Assembly (NCBI GenBank): GCA_964354795.1
Contig: CAYHBB010000037.1
Coordinates: forward strand, 110,197-174,196
Direction: 5' to 3'
DNA: 64,000 nt
Source: an uncultured Planctomycetales bacterium
GTDB lineage: Bacteria > Omnitrophota > Gorgyraeia > Gygaellales > Profunditerraquicolaceae
In this document: positions 29,671 through 38,448 of the stretch, one piece after another
Position numbering within the stretch: position 1 is the first letter of the stretch
Layout of the letters: each line of letters begins with the position of its first letter
Made by a program: the position numbers and the translations under genes
The notes under the pieces: model-generated
The model's database searches: none
Seen by the model: only the letters and a program-made list of their open reading frames with translations
What the model was told of the DNA's origin: nothing

Positions 29671-31155
29671 CTAGTTAACTTTAGAATAATCTTTTTTGAA
29701 ATCCACAATATGGCCGATGACTTTCTGGGCTGCGCGCAGAGAATACTTAAGGTCATCCGCATCGCGCATGGAGAATATTTTCCTGAGCATAAACTCAGGG
29801 GTAAATGAGACCTTATACATCTGCCGGGCAAAACCCATGATCTCCTCGTCAGGAATCGGACTGCTCATCACCGGGCGCTTCATATCAAAATCATCCCAGT
29901 CAGTAGTCTTGAGCCACCCGTTATTCTTAGCCTCCTCAAACAGCGGACTTCCCGGATAAGGAATGACCACAGTCGCCTGCATGGTATAAGCATAGCCTTT
30001 TTTAAGCAGCCAGCGGCCGAGGTTTAAGGTGTTCATAGCCTGCTCATAGCTCTCCCAGGGGTAGCCAAACATCATGGTGATATGAGGAAAAAGCCCGGCT
30101 TTTGTCGCGGCAATGCAATCCGCGATGATCCTTTCCACTTTCAAATTCTTATTTATACGGTCAAGCGTCTCCTGATTAGCCGATTCCAAACCAAATAACA
30201 ATAAACGAAAGTTCGCCTTCTTCATCAGCTTAAAATCTTCCCCAGAAAGCGCGCCAAAACGCATATTACAGTCAAAATATATCTTTTTATTATATCCGCG
30301 CTCGACCATGCCCCGACAGAAATCTTTAAGCCATCCGCCGGCTGAAAAACATCCGGCGTCATCCATGACCTCCCGCACGCCATAATTCTCGATCAACCCG
30401 CCGATCTCATCCAAAACATTCTCTACGCTACGGGTGCGATATTGAGGATAAAGCGTCGGCCATGAGCAAAATGTGCACTTGCCCCACCAGCAGTCGCGTC
30501 CGCTCATGATATAAGCTCCGGGAGTACGCTTATAATTACCGTTTTTATAAGCGTAATCTTCCCAGCGGGTCAGTTCGCGCTCAATTGGCGGCAGAGAATT
30601 CAGATCGTGGTTAAGCTGAAACTGACCGGTGTTCTTGACCGAATCGCCATCGCGATAGTAGATACCCGGTTCCAATTGGGGTGAGTTGCGGGTTGTGGGT
30701 TGTGTGGATAAATGATTACATAAATTTAGCAGAAGGAAATCATAATCTCCACCGGTAAGCACAAAATCCACGCCACATTCTTTAAACGACTCTTCTGCCA
30801 GCGCCGTAACATGATCACCGAAAAGCACAACCTTTGGAAACCCGCGCAGCGCCCCCTTGATCTCATCAATGATCTCCCAGTGCTGCTTTACCGCAGGGGT
30901 CTTAGTTTCTATGGCGATCACATCCGGCCGCTCGGCCTTCAGAGTCTTAAGAAATTGTTCAAGACTGATCTCTGCGGCAATACAATCAAGCCATATCACC
31001 TGATGACCGGCCTGCTTAAGCATAGTTGCGGCCTGCGCCGGAACAACCGGATAAATATAGGTCGGCTCCTTAAAATACTGGAACTGCCGGTTTTGTCCCA
31101 AAGTGGGACAACCCTTAAACCTGTTTAAAGGCGGATATGCAATAATTATCTTCAA
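29671..31155 (-). CDS. Cobalamin(B12)-binding radical SAM protein with apparent variant Cys motif
   Basis: B12-binding-like N-domain (PDVIAIETKTP...). The Cys cluster reads GRDCWWGKCTFC, i.e. Cx4Cx2C by eye rather than CxxxCxxC. 494 aa. Confidence 0.7.
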   Translation of the reverse strand: MKIIIAYPPLNRFKGCPTLGQNRQFQYFKEPTYIYPVVPAQAATMLKQAGHQVIWLDCIAAEISLEQFLKTLKAERPDVIAIETKTPAVKQHWEIIDEIKGALRGFPKVVLFGDHVTALAEESFKECGVDFVLTGGDYDFLLLNLCNHLSTQPTTRNSPQLEPGIYYRDGDSVKNTGQFQLNHDLNSLPPIERELTRWEDYAYKNGNYKRTPGAYIMSGRDCWWGKCTFCSWPTLYPQYRTRSVENVLDEIGGLIENYGVREVMDDAGCFSAGGWLKDFCRGMVERGYNKKIYFDCNMRFGALSGEDFKLMKKANFRLLLFGLESANQETLDRINKNLKVERIIADCIAATKAGLFPHITMMFGYPWESYEQAMNTLNLGRWLLKKGYAYTMQATVVIPYPGSPLFEEAKNNGWLKTTDWDDFDMKRPVMSSPIPDEEIMGFARQMYKVSFTPEFMLRKIFSMRDADDLKYSLRAAQKVIGHIVDFKKDYSKVN

Positions 31156-31165
31156 GTTTTAGTTT

Positions 31166-32170
31166 CTATTTTTCCTCAGAAAGCCTTGCGGAAAGCAGGC
31201 CCTTAAGGAAAAAGATCCCGTATGCAATATGACTAAATATTATAGCAAAGAATACGGGAAATATCAACTGTAACTCTTTGGAAAGGCTCGAGATAAAGGC
31301 GAGCAAGAGATACAGTCCAAGGCAGGTAAAATAGGCTACTTTTATCCAAGGGCTAAGCATAGACAACACACCGCCTGAAACCAGCCCAAGCACAAAAACC
31401 GTAGGCAGAAAATAGGATAATCTTAGAGATGTCTCCGGGTACTTTTTCACAAAATAACCCCGGTGCAGGCCATAGCTTGAGATCTGCTTTAAATGCGGGA
31501 GATATATCTTTCGGCGGTGATGGTAAACCAAAACTGCAGGGTCATAAACGATTCTTTTCTTTAATTTATGGGTGATATCCAGGCAAAGCTTGGTATCCTC
31601 TCCCGGCCAGAACTTAGTATCAAAACCACCCAGCTCATCCATCACTGACTTACGCACCAGCAGATTACAGCTGGGATAATCATCCACGTCCCTCTTCTTC
31701 CCTGCTATATATCTGTAGCGGTACTGACCGCTTATCAACCATGATTCATATACTATCCCGCTGACTTTCTGACGCCATGAATCATCAAGAGGTGTAACCG
31801 CCGGCCCTCCCACTGCCGCGACCTCAGGATCGCTGAAATTAGCCAGTGCGGCTTTAAGCCAGCCCTTTACCGGATAGGCGTCATCGTCGAGAAATGCCAA
31901 GATCTGCCCCTTGGCGTGCTTTAAAGCGATATCCCGTTTGTCTGAAGGTTTAAGGGGGCCGGTGGGAATAATCTGAACAGAAGGGGACACTCTTGGTATA
32001 GCATCTTTTGCGCTTCCAAGGGTGTCCCCTTCTGTTGTAAGAGTCCCTATTTCAGCGTCTGGAAGTATGATTATCTCAAAATCCGGATAATCAAGCTCTA
32101 GACACCTAGCGACGCATTCTTCTAAATTCTTTTGCCAGGTTTTTACGGCGATGATAATCGATACGGTCAT
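31166..32170 (-). CDS. Glycosyltransferase family 2 with C-terminal multi-TM domain
   Basis: VSIIIAVKTW...FEIIILPD...ILAFLDDDAYP (GT-A), then hydrophobic helices. A 47-nt perfect hairpin (31983-32029) lies inside the coding sequence. Confidence 0.75.
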   Translation of the reverse strand: MTVSIIIAVKTWQKNLEECVARCLELDYPDFEIIILPDAEIGTLTTEGDTLGSAKDAIPRVSPSVQIIPTGPLKPSDKRDIALKHAKGQILAFLDDDAYPVKGWLKAALANFSDPEVAAVGGPAVTPLDDSWRQKVSGIVYESWLISGQYRYRYIAGKKRDVDDYPSCNLLVRKSVMDELGGFDTKFWPGEDTKLCLDITHKLKKRIVYDPAVLVYHHRRKIYLPHLKQISSYGLHRGYFVKKYPETSLRLSYFLPTVFVLGLVSGGVLSMLSPWIKVAYFTCLGLYLLLAFISSLSKELQLIFPVFFAIIFSHIAYGIFFLKGLLSARLSEEK

Positions 32171-32900
32171 AGTATTTTAAGATGTACATCCTGTACCAGA
32201 CTGCCAAAGTATCCCAGAAAGTAGTGAAAACTGCTGGGGGCTTAATAAATCCAAATCTACTTGCTGGAAGATATTCTATAGGGGCATCAGTAATTTTATA
32301 TCCAAGGCGATACGCATTAGCAAGTAACTCAATATCAAATGCAAATTTCTTAACGAGCAATCGCGGAAAGACATCGCGCAATACATTTGCTTTAAATAGC
32401 TTTAAGCCTGTCTGAGTGTCTCTGCAAGGCAAGCCAAAAAGCATTTTCACAATAGCATAATAAACTAAGCTTACTATCCTACGATGCCAAGGATAAATGA
32501 CTACGGAATTAGGATGCATTTTTGAGCCAATAACTACATCCGCCCTATCCAGGCGCATGATATCAAAAAGGGTCTGTATTTGCAAAGGATGCAGATCCAT
32601 ATCCGCATCCAGAAACACCACATATTCTCCGGTCACAAAATGCAGCGCCCTTTTTATTGCCCGGCCCTTGCCCATGTTGTAAGAATTCTTCTTAACTATT
32701 ATATGGGCAGCGTGCCTGGACGCGGCATTAAGAGCTACTTCAAAAGTATCATCAGTAGAGCCATCATCAAGCACGATAAGCTCCAACTCGCATCCGAAAT
32801 CAGTAAAAGCTTTTGTGGTTTCTTCTATACTGTGAGCAATCCGATTTGCCTCATTATATGCAGGCATCACTACCGATATTTTTTCTTTTATGTCTTTCAT
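32106..32900 (-). CDS. Glycosyltransferase family 2 (Dpm1/polyprenyl-phosphate sugar synthase-like)
   Basis: ISVVMPAYNEANRI...LELIVLDDGSTDDT...VVFLDADMD. Overlaps the next GT2 gene by 65 nt. Confidence 0.85.
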   Translation of the reverse strand: MKDIKEKISVVMPAYNEANRIAHSIEETTKAFTDFGCELELIVLDDGSTDDTFEVALNAASRHAAHIIVKKNSYNMGKGRAIKRALHFVTGEYVVFLDADMDLHPLQIQTLFDIMRLDRADVVIGSKMHPNSVVIYPWHRRIVSLVYYAIVKMLFGLPCRDTQTGLKLFKANVLRDVFPRLLVKKFAFDIELLANAYRLGYKITDAPIEYLPASRFGFIKPPAVFTTFWDTLAVWYRMYILKYYDRIDYHRRKNLAKEFRRMRR

Positions 32901-34135
32901 TTTCTATAAATCAGCCTTAGATGAACAAAGAAAAGCAAGATCGAACTAAAACACATGATCACCTGTACTACTAGCAACGACGGATGAAATAACATTATCC
33001 CGATCACCTGCGCAAGGCTGACCGGAACCAAAAATTTAATAAATCGCAGGTCCCTTACAGACAGAAAATAAGTCACCAGGATAAACAACAGCGTATAAAA
33101 AGTCATGGATACGCTAAACAGCCTGCCTAAAATTATCGATTCCGGATAAGCCTTCCCCGTAAGCACGGTCAAGACAAATCCAGGAAAGACATTATAGAAG
33201 ATAGCGGCAATTATCGCCAAAATAAAAACATAAAACAAGGATTTCTTAAGCGTGGAGTGAGTATCCTGATTCTTCGCATGCAGCCCGGAAGTACGTGGAA
33301 ACATCACCACACTTATTGCTCCGGGAAGGAAAAGAAATATCTTTCCGATCATCTGCGCCAAAGCGTACGCTCCTGAATCTTGCTGGCTGAAATAATATCG
33401 CACCAGGACCATATCAAAAGAAGTTATCGCAGTAAAACAAAAAAACGCGATAGCTACGGGAAATAGATAAGTGAATATTTCTTTAAAATTTATCTCCTGC
33501 CTACCTATCTTACCGATCAAATACTTCTTTAAAGGCACATAGGCAAATCCGATAGCAGCCAATGCCGATATCAGAAGCGCTGCCATTGCTCCGGCAATGT
33601 TGTAACTAAGGATAATAAATACAAAGGCCAGGCCTAACTTTAAAGCCCCGGAAATAACTGTAGCAGCGGATAGCCACCAAAACAATTCCAGCCCCTGCAG
33701 AGCTCCTAAAAATACCGGAGAAAGCCACGCCGAAGCGATGAGTGCCGCAAAAATATACCCTAACGCCACAGATTCGATCTTGAGCAGGCTCATTAAGTAC
33801 GCCGAGCCAAGGCAAAATATCGCAAGCGTCACAACAGCGCAAATAAATGCGGCCTTAAAAAAACTTGAGAATAAATAACTTATTTTTGCTTCTTCGCCGC
33901 GGGCATTAAAAGCCGAGATGTATTTGGCTAAAGCCAACTGCAGAGTCCCCAGCGGCACCGAGAAAAGCATAAATACGGAAAGCAGCGAATTAAATCCGGC
34001 GAATTCTATCGAGGTGAGCTTATGAGCGATGAGCAGCTGAAAAAGCAGGTTCAGGAAATTAAGGAGTGAAGCTGAGGCAAAAACAACGATGATGTTGCGG
34101 GTGAAGGCATCGATCTTCTTAAGCTTTGCGAGCAT
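32897..34135 (-). CDS. Oligosaccharide flippase (Wzx/PST family)
   Basis: 412 aa, about 12 transmembrane segments, N-terminal pattern typical of polysaccharide-biosynthesis (PST) exporters. Confidence 0.7.
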   Translation of the reverse strand: MLAKLKKIDAFTRNIIVVFASASLLNFLNLLFQLLIAHKLTSIEFAGFNSLLSVFMLFSVPLGTLQLALAKYISAFNARGEEAKISYLFSSFFKAAFICAVVTLAIFCLGSAYLMSLLKIESVALGYIFAALIASAWLSPVFLGALQGLELFWWLSAATVISGALKLGLAFVFIILSYNIAGAMAALLISALAAIGFAYVPLKKYLIGKIGRQEINFKEIFTYLFPVAIAFFCFTAITSFDMVLVRYYFSQQDSGAYALAQMIGKIFLFLPGAISVVMFPRTSGLHAKNQDTHSTLKKSLFYVFILAIIAAIFYNVFPGFVLTVLTGKAYPESIILGRLFSVSMTFYTLLFILVTYFLSVRDLRFIKFLVPVSLAQVIGIMLFHPSLLVVQVIMCFSSILLFFVHLRLIYRK

Positions 34136-34144
34136 TTAGGAGGT

Positions 34145-35311
34145 TTAGATGATGACTTTAAGGAATCTGCGGCTTCCAACCTTAAGAACACCTGCTTTAT
34201 CCAAAACAAAACTATCTTTATCAATTTTTTCGTCGTTAAAAATGACCGCGCCCTGTTTCAGGAGCCTGCGCGCCTCATTCCCGCTTTGCACCAGGCCGCT
34301 TTCCTGAAGGATGACTAAAACCGTCTTTTTTCCGTCGGTCTTAAATTCAGGCATATCCTGAGGCAGTTCTTTCTTGGAAAAAACGCGCTCGAATTCTCCT
34401 TGAGCTTTCTCGACATCAACCTTAGAATGGTATTGCCGGATGATCTCTGCGGCAAGCTTGACTTTAGCCTCTTTAGGATGCATAGCTCTTACATCATTTA
34501 AGTCACAATCCGTAAGAAGCTCATAATATTTGAGCATCAATTCATCGGAAATAGACATGATCTTGCCGAACATCTCACCGGCTGATTCATTGATGCCGAT
34601 ATAATTGCCGTAAGACTTGCTCATCTTCTGCACGCCGTCAGTGCCTTCCAGTAAAGGCATGGTCAACACCACCTGCTGAGGCTGGCTAAAGTCTTTCTGC
34701 AACTGGCGGCCGAACAATAAATTAAATACCTGGTCAGTACCACCAAGCTCCACATCCGCCTCAAGCACCACCGAGTCATATCCTTGCATTAAAGGATACA
34801 AAAACTCTAAAATGGAAATATTCTCTCCCTTTGTATAGCGCTTTTTAAAATCATCGCGGGCGAGCATCTGAGAAACCGAGGCATGAGTGGTAAGGCGCAG
34901 CATCTCGACTATCGGCATATGCTCAAACCACTTGCTGTTAAAGACGATCTTTAGCTTATCTACATCGAGAATCTTGGAAACCTGCTTCTTATAGGTAACG
35001 GCGTTCTTAGCCACTTCCTCTTTAGTCAGCTGCTTACGGGTTTCCGAGCGTCCGGAAGGATCCCCGATCTGACCGGTAAAATCACCGATAAGAAAATACA
35101 CCTCATGCCCCAGATCCTGAAACTGGCGCAGTTTCCTTAAAAGCACGGTGTGGCCCAAATGCAGATCAGGAGCAGTAGGGTCAAAACCCGCCTTGATCTT
35201 AAGGGGTTTCTTAAACTTGATAGACTGCTCAAGCTTCTTCTTAAGCTCTTCCTCAGAGATTATCTCAACCGCTCCGCGCTTGATGATCTCTAGTTGTTTG
35301 TGAATATCCAT
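34145..35311 (-). CDS. tyrS: Tyrosine--tRNA ligase
   Basis: HLGH (DLHLGHTV) and KMSKS motifs, and a C-terminal S4-like domain. The start was moved to MDIHKQ (RBS AAGGA upstream); the ORF-track N-terminal extension runs through an intergenic hairpin repeat. Confidence 0.9.
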   Translation of the reverse strand: MDIHKQLEIIKRGAVEIISEEELKKKLEQSIKFKKPLKIKAGFDPTAPDLHLGHTVLLRKLRQFQDLGHEVYFLIGDFTGQIGDPSGRSETRKQLTKEEVAKNAVTYKKQVSKILDVDKLKIVFNSKWFEHMPIVEMLRLTTHASVSQMLARDDFKKRYTKGENISILEFLYPLMQGYDSVVLEADVELGGTDQVFNLLFGRQLQKDFSQPQQVVLTMPLLEGTDGVQKMSKSYGNYIGINESAGEMFGKIMSISDELMLKYYELLTDCDLNDVRAMHPKEAKVKLAAEIIRQYHSKVDVEKAQGEFERVFSKKELPQDMPEFKTDGKKTVLVILQESGLVQSGNEARRLLKQGAVIFNDEKIDKDSFVLDKAGVLKVGSRRFLKVII

Positions 35312-35328
35312 AGATATCCTTAAAATCA

Positions 35329-35417
35329 GGGACAGTCCCCTTAGGTTAGGGGACACTCTTGGGATAGCATCATTTGCGCTTCCAAGGGTGTCCCCTATTA
35401 GGACGGGGGACAGTCCC
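35329..35417 (-). repeat. 47-nt perfect hairpin (GGGGACAC-TCTTGG...CCAAG-GGTGTCCCC) flanked by 11-12-bp palindromic direct repeats GGGACAGTCCC(C). Second copy at 31983-32029 inside a GT2 coding sequence.
   Basis: The two copies differ at 2 of 47 positions. The flanking GGGACAGTCCC repeats are at 35329-35340 and 35407-35417. Confidence 0.75.
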
Positions 35418-35425
35418 TTTATTTT

Positions 35426-36973
35426 TTATATATGCGTCCTCGCGGAAAGGCCGATCTTGGCCTGCTCCACGTCGACTTTGATCACTTTTACTTTAAGCTT
35501 ATCTCCCGGCTTAAGCCCTGCCACCATCTCCCGGTCGATCTCGCTTGAATACACCAGCCCCTCCACTTCATCGTCAAGCTTCACAAAAACTCCGAAGTCA
35601 GTAAGGCTGACCACTTCCGCATCCAGAATAGTATCCATCGGATACTTCTGGGCTATCTCGGCCCATGGATTTGGCTGCAGCTGCTTTAGCCCAAGCGATA
35701 TGCGGCGGTTTGAGCTATCCACGGAAACGATCACCACATCCACTTTCTGCCCCTTCTTCAAAACATCCTGCGGATGCGCGACTCTCTTGGTCCAGGACAT
35801 ATCAGATACGTGGATCATTCCTTCCAAGTTGCTGTCCAGCTCGACAAACGCGCCGTAATCAGTGAACCCTCTCACCTTTCCGGAGACCTGAGAGCCGACA
35901 GGGAACTTTCCGTCTGCCTCAAGCCAGGGATTAGACTCCAGCTGCTTTAAGCTTAAAGAGATCCTACGGGAATCCTTGTCCACATTCAGGACCTGGGCTT
36001 CCAAGGTATCTCCGATAGCGAACATTTCGCTTGGGTTATTCACTCTCTTAGTCCAGGAGATCTCGGAAACATGGATCAGGCCTTCGATGCCCTTATCCAG
36101 CTCGACAAATACTCCGTAAGGAAGAATGTTCACTACCTTACCTTTTAACTTTTGCCCCGCGGAAAACTTTTCCTCGATCTGCGACCACGGATCAGGCATG
36201 CGCTGCTTCAGGCCTAAAGAAACCTTGCCTGATTCACGGTCCATATTCAACACCATCACTTCAATCTTATCACTGATAGCCACTGCCTCAGAAGGATGTG
36301 ATATCTTTGACCAAGACATATCCGTGATATGCAAAAGCCCGTCCACGCCGCCCAGGTCCACAAACGCGCCGAAATCGGTGATGGCTTTTACGATCCCCGG
36401 GTAGATGTTGCCGATCTTGAGCTCACCCCAGATCTTTTCCTTAGCCTCTTCTTTTTCCTTTTGCATTGCCTCGCGGCGGCTGACGATTACGCTGCGACGC
36501 AAGTTGTTGACCTTGACGATCTTGAACTTGTAGGCCTTAAACATGATATCTTTTTCCTGCACGCCCTTAAACGCCGACAATGACAGCGGCAAGAACCCTT
36601 CGATACCCTGGCAGTCCACCAGATACCCGCCCTTGACCTTCTTGACCGGCCTTCCGTCGATAAGCCCACCGTCGGTAGACAACTTTACCACCTTGTCCCA
36701 ACCCTGCATGCGCATGGCTTTTTCACGCGATAGCGTAATATTACCCGCCTCATCCTCGACAGAATCGACATAAAACTCAAGCTCCTTGCCGACTTCCAGA
36801 TCTCCTTGAGAAAACTCAATTATCGGCACCAGGCCCTCGGACTTAAATCCGACATCCACCAACACATCCTTCTGGCGGATGGAAATGACCTTTCCGGTGA
36901 CCACTTCGCCGTCGTGTATTATTTTTATGCTTTGATTGTATAATTGTTCTAATTCAGCTCTCGAATCCGTCAT
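35426..36973 (-). CDS. rpsA: 30S ribosomal protein S1
   Basis: 515 aa with multiple tandem S1 domains (GxV...G.V..I....AFV...G..GL.H.S). RBS AGGAGAGG upstream. Confidence 0.9.
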   Translation of the reverse strand: MTDSRAELEQLYNQSIKIIHDGEVVTGKVISIRQKDVLVDVGFKSEGLVPIIEFSQGDLEVGKELEFYVDSVEDEAGNITLSREKAMRMQGWDKVVKLSTDGGLIDGRPVKKVKGGYLVDCQGIEGFLPLSLSAFKGVQEKDIMFKAYKFKIVKVNNLRRSVIVSRREAMQKEKEEAKEKIWGELKIGNIYPGIVKAITDFGAFVDLGGVDGLLHITDMSWSKISHPSEAVAISDKIEVMVLNMDRESGKVSLGLKQRMPDPWSQIEEKFSAGQKLKGKVVNILPYGVFVELDKGIEGLIHVSEISWTKRVNNPSEMFAIGDTLEAQVLNVDKDSRRISLSLKQLESNPWLEADGKFPVGSQVSGKVRGFTDYGAFVELDSNLEGMIHVSDMSWTKRVAHPQDVLKKGQKVDVVIVSVDSSNRRISLGLKQLQPNPWAEIAQKYPMDTILDAEVVSLTDFGVFVKLDDEVEGLVYSSEIDREMVAGLKPGDKLKVKVIKVDVEQAKIGLSARTHI

Positions 36974-37065
36974 TTTACTACCTCTCCTTTACAGTTATTT
37001 AATTTTTAGTTTAGATTTTGTGCTACAACACCTCCTTCACAGAGAAATTTTTACTATTGTGTTAC

Positions 37066-38448
37066 TTAAAGCTGCCTGGATATTGCTTTACCTACCTCCA
37101 GGATTTTCTTGGCAAGACTAAGATTCTTCGCCTCAGCGTATACGCGCATCAACGGCTCGGTCCCTGAGCCGCGCAGCATCAACCAGCTTCCGTCAGATAA
37201 TATCAGTTTTATGCCGTCGTAATCCTTGACCTCTGCCACAATCTTACCCAGGATCTCCTTCGGCATCAAATCCTTTTTTAACTCCACCTGCTTTTCCAGA
37301 TGCTGGTCAGCGCGCACATAATAATACCTGCCGAACTGCTTTTCCGTCTCGTTAAGGATCTTGAGGATGTTCTTATTGCGATAAACCATCATCTCAATAA
37401 GCAGAAGCCCTGCCACCGATCCGTCACGCTCCGGGATATAACCTTTGACCCCCATGCCGCCGGCCTCTTCCCCTCCGGCAACGATATCCTGCGTCTCCAT
37501 GAGGTTGGAGATATATTTAAAGCCCACGGGAGTTTCATAAAGCTTGATACCGAGATATTTGGCGATATTATCCATCATCGTGCTTCCGCAAATGGTCTTC
37601 ACTAACCCGCCCGACCAGTGCCTATCCTGATTTAAATGCAGTGCCAGAAGGCCAAGTATTTTCTGAGGATGGATGAACACTCCGCCCGGAGCAACCGCGG
37701 CGATCCTGTCCGCATCTCCGTCTAAGGCAATACCTAAATCGAATTTTTCCTTTTTAACCCGCTCCTTAAGCTCCTTAAGATTATCTTCCACCGGCTCAGG
37801 CCTACCGCCTCCGAAAGAAGGATTGATGTCATTACGCATAAACACGACCTTGATCTTTGAGCCTTTGAGGATCTGCGCTATAAAACTATCTCCCGAGCCG
37901 TACATAGAATCGACTAACACTTTAAATTTTTTATTCTTTATTTTCTTAAAATCAATGTAGGAGCGGATAAAAGAAACGTAATCCTTGGTCATGTCCACTT
38001 CCTCGATCTTTGCCGAAGTGGAGTTCACTTCTTTTACAGGATTTAACCCGAAAAGCTCTTCTACCGCAGCAGTCACTTCCGAACCGGCAGCACCTCCCGA
38101 AGACATCTTGATCTTAAAACCGTTATATTCCGCCGGGTTGTGAGAAGCGGTGATCATCACACCGAGGTCAAGCTTGCGGGTCTTCACCGCAAAACTCAAT
38201 GTCGGCGTAGGCACGGGCCTGTCCGCTAGCACCACGTCGATTCCGTTATTACACAATACTTCCGCCACTAATTTGGCGAATCGGCCGGACATAAAACGAG
38301 TATCAAACCCGACAGCGGCCTTTTTCCCTGAACCTAAGTAATCCGCCACTGCCTGGGAAACGATCTTTAAATTCTTAAAAGTATAATTGTCCGCGATGAC
38401 CCCTCTCCAGCCGTCCGTACCGAATTTTATTTCCCCGTTACCGTACAT
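37066..38448 (-). CDS. Phosphoglucomutase/phosphomannomutase family protein
   Basis: FGTDGWRG at the N-terminus, active-site TASHNPAEYNGFK, and sugar-binding GEEAGG. 460 aa. Confidence 0.85.
   Translation of the reverse strand: MYGNGEIKFGTDGWRGVIADNYTFKNLKIVSQAVADYLGSGKKAAVGFDTRFMSGRFAKLVAEVLCNNGIDVVLADRPVPTPTLSFAVKTRKLDLGVMITASHNPAEYNGFKIKMSSGGAAGSEVTAAVEELFGLNPVKEVNSTSAKIEEVDMTKDYVSFIRSYIDFKKIKNKKFKVLVDSMYGSGDSFIAQILKGSKIKVVFMRNDINPSFGGGRPEPVEDNLKELKERVKKEKFDLGIALDGDADRIAAVAPGGVFIHPQKILGLLALHLNQDRHWSGGLVKTICGSTMMDNIAKYLGIKLYETPVGFKYISNLMETQDIVAGGEEAGGMGVKGYIPERDGSVAGLLLIEMMVYRNKNILKILNETEKQFGRYYYVRADQHLEKQVELKKDLMPKEILGKIVAEVKDYDGIKLILSDGSWLMLRGSGTEPLMRVYAEAKNLSLAKKILEVGKAISRQL

Noticed and set aside
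31983-32029. Interpreting the 47-nt hairpin inside the GT2 gene as a recent in-frame insertion
   Set aside because: The distance between the conserved GT-A blocks (EIIILPD to FLDDD, about 58 aa) is normal for GT2 enzymes. The segment may therefore be ordinary coding sequence that was copied to the spacer, rather than an insertion. The direction of transfer cannot be decided from this window.
34145-35356. ORF-track N-terminal extensions of tyrS (15 aa), ribBA (23 aa), rimO (50 aa), the ATP-grasp gene (21 aa), the PKD gene and the CsgG-like gene
   Set aside because: The extensions run through intergenic hairpins or overlap upstream genes. Internal ATG codons with proper SD sequences and conserved protein N-termini were preferred.
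35388-35858. 156-aa Ser/Thr-rich plus-strand ORF and other plus-strand ORFs between 35400 and 36800
   Set aside because: They are shadow ORFs antisense to rpsA, with low-complexity products.
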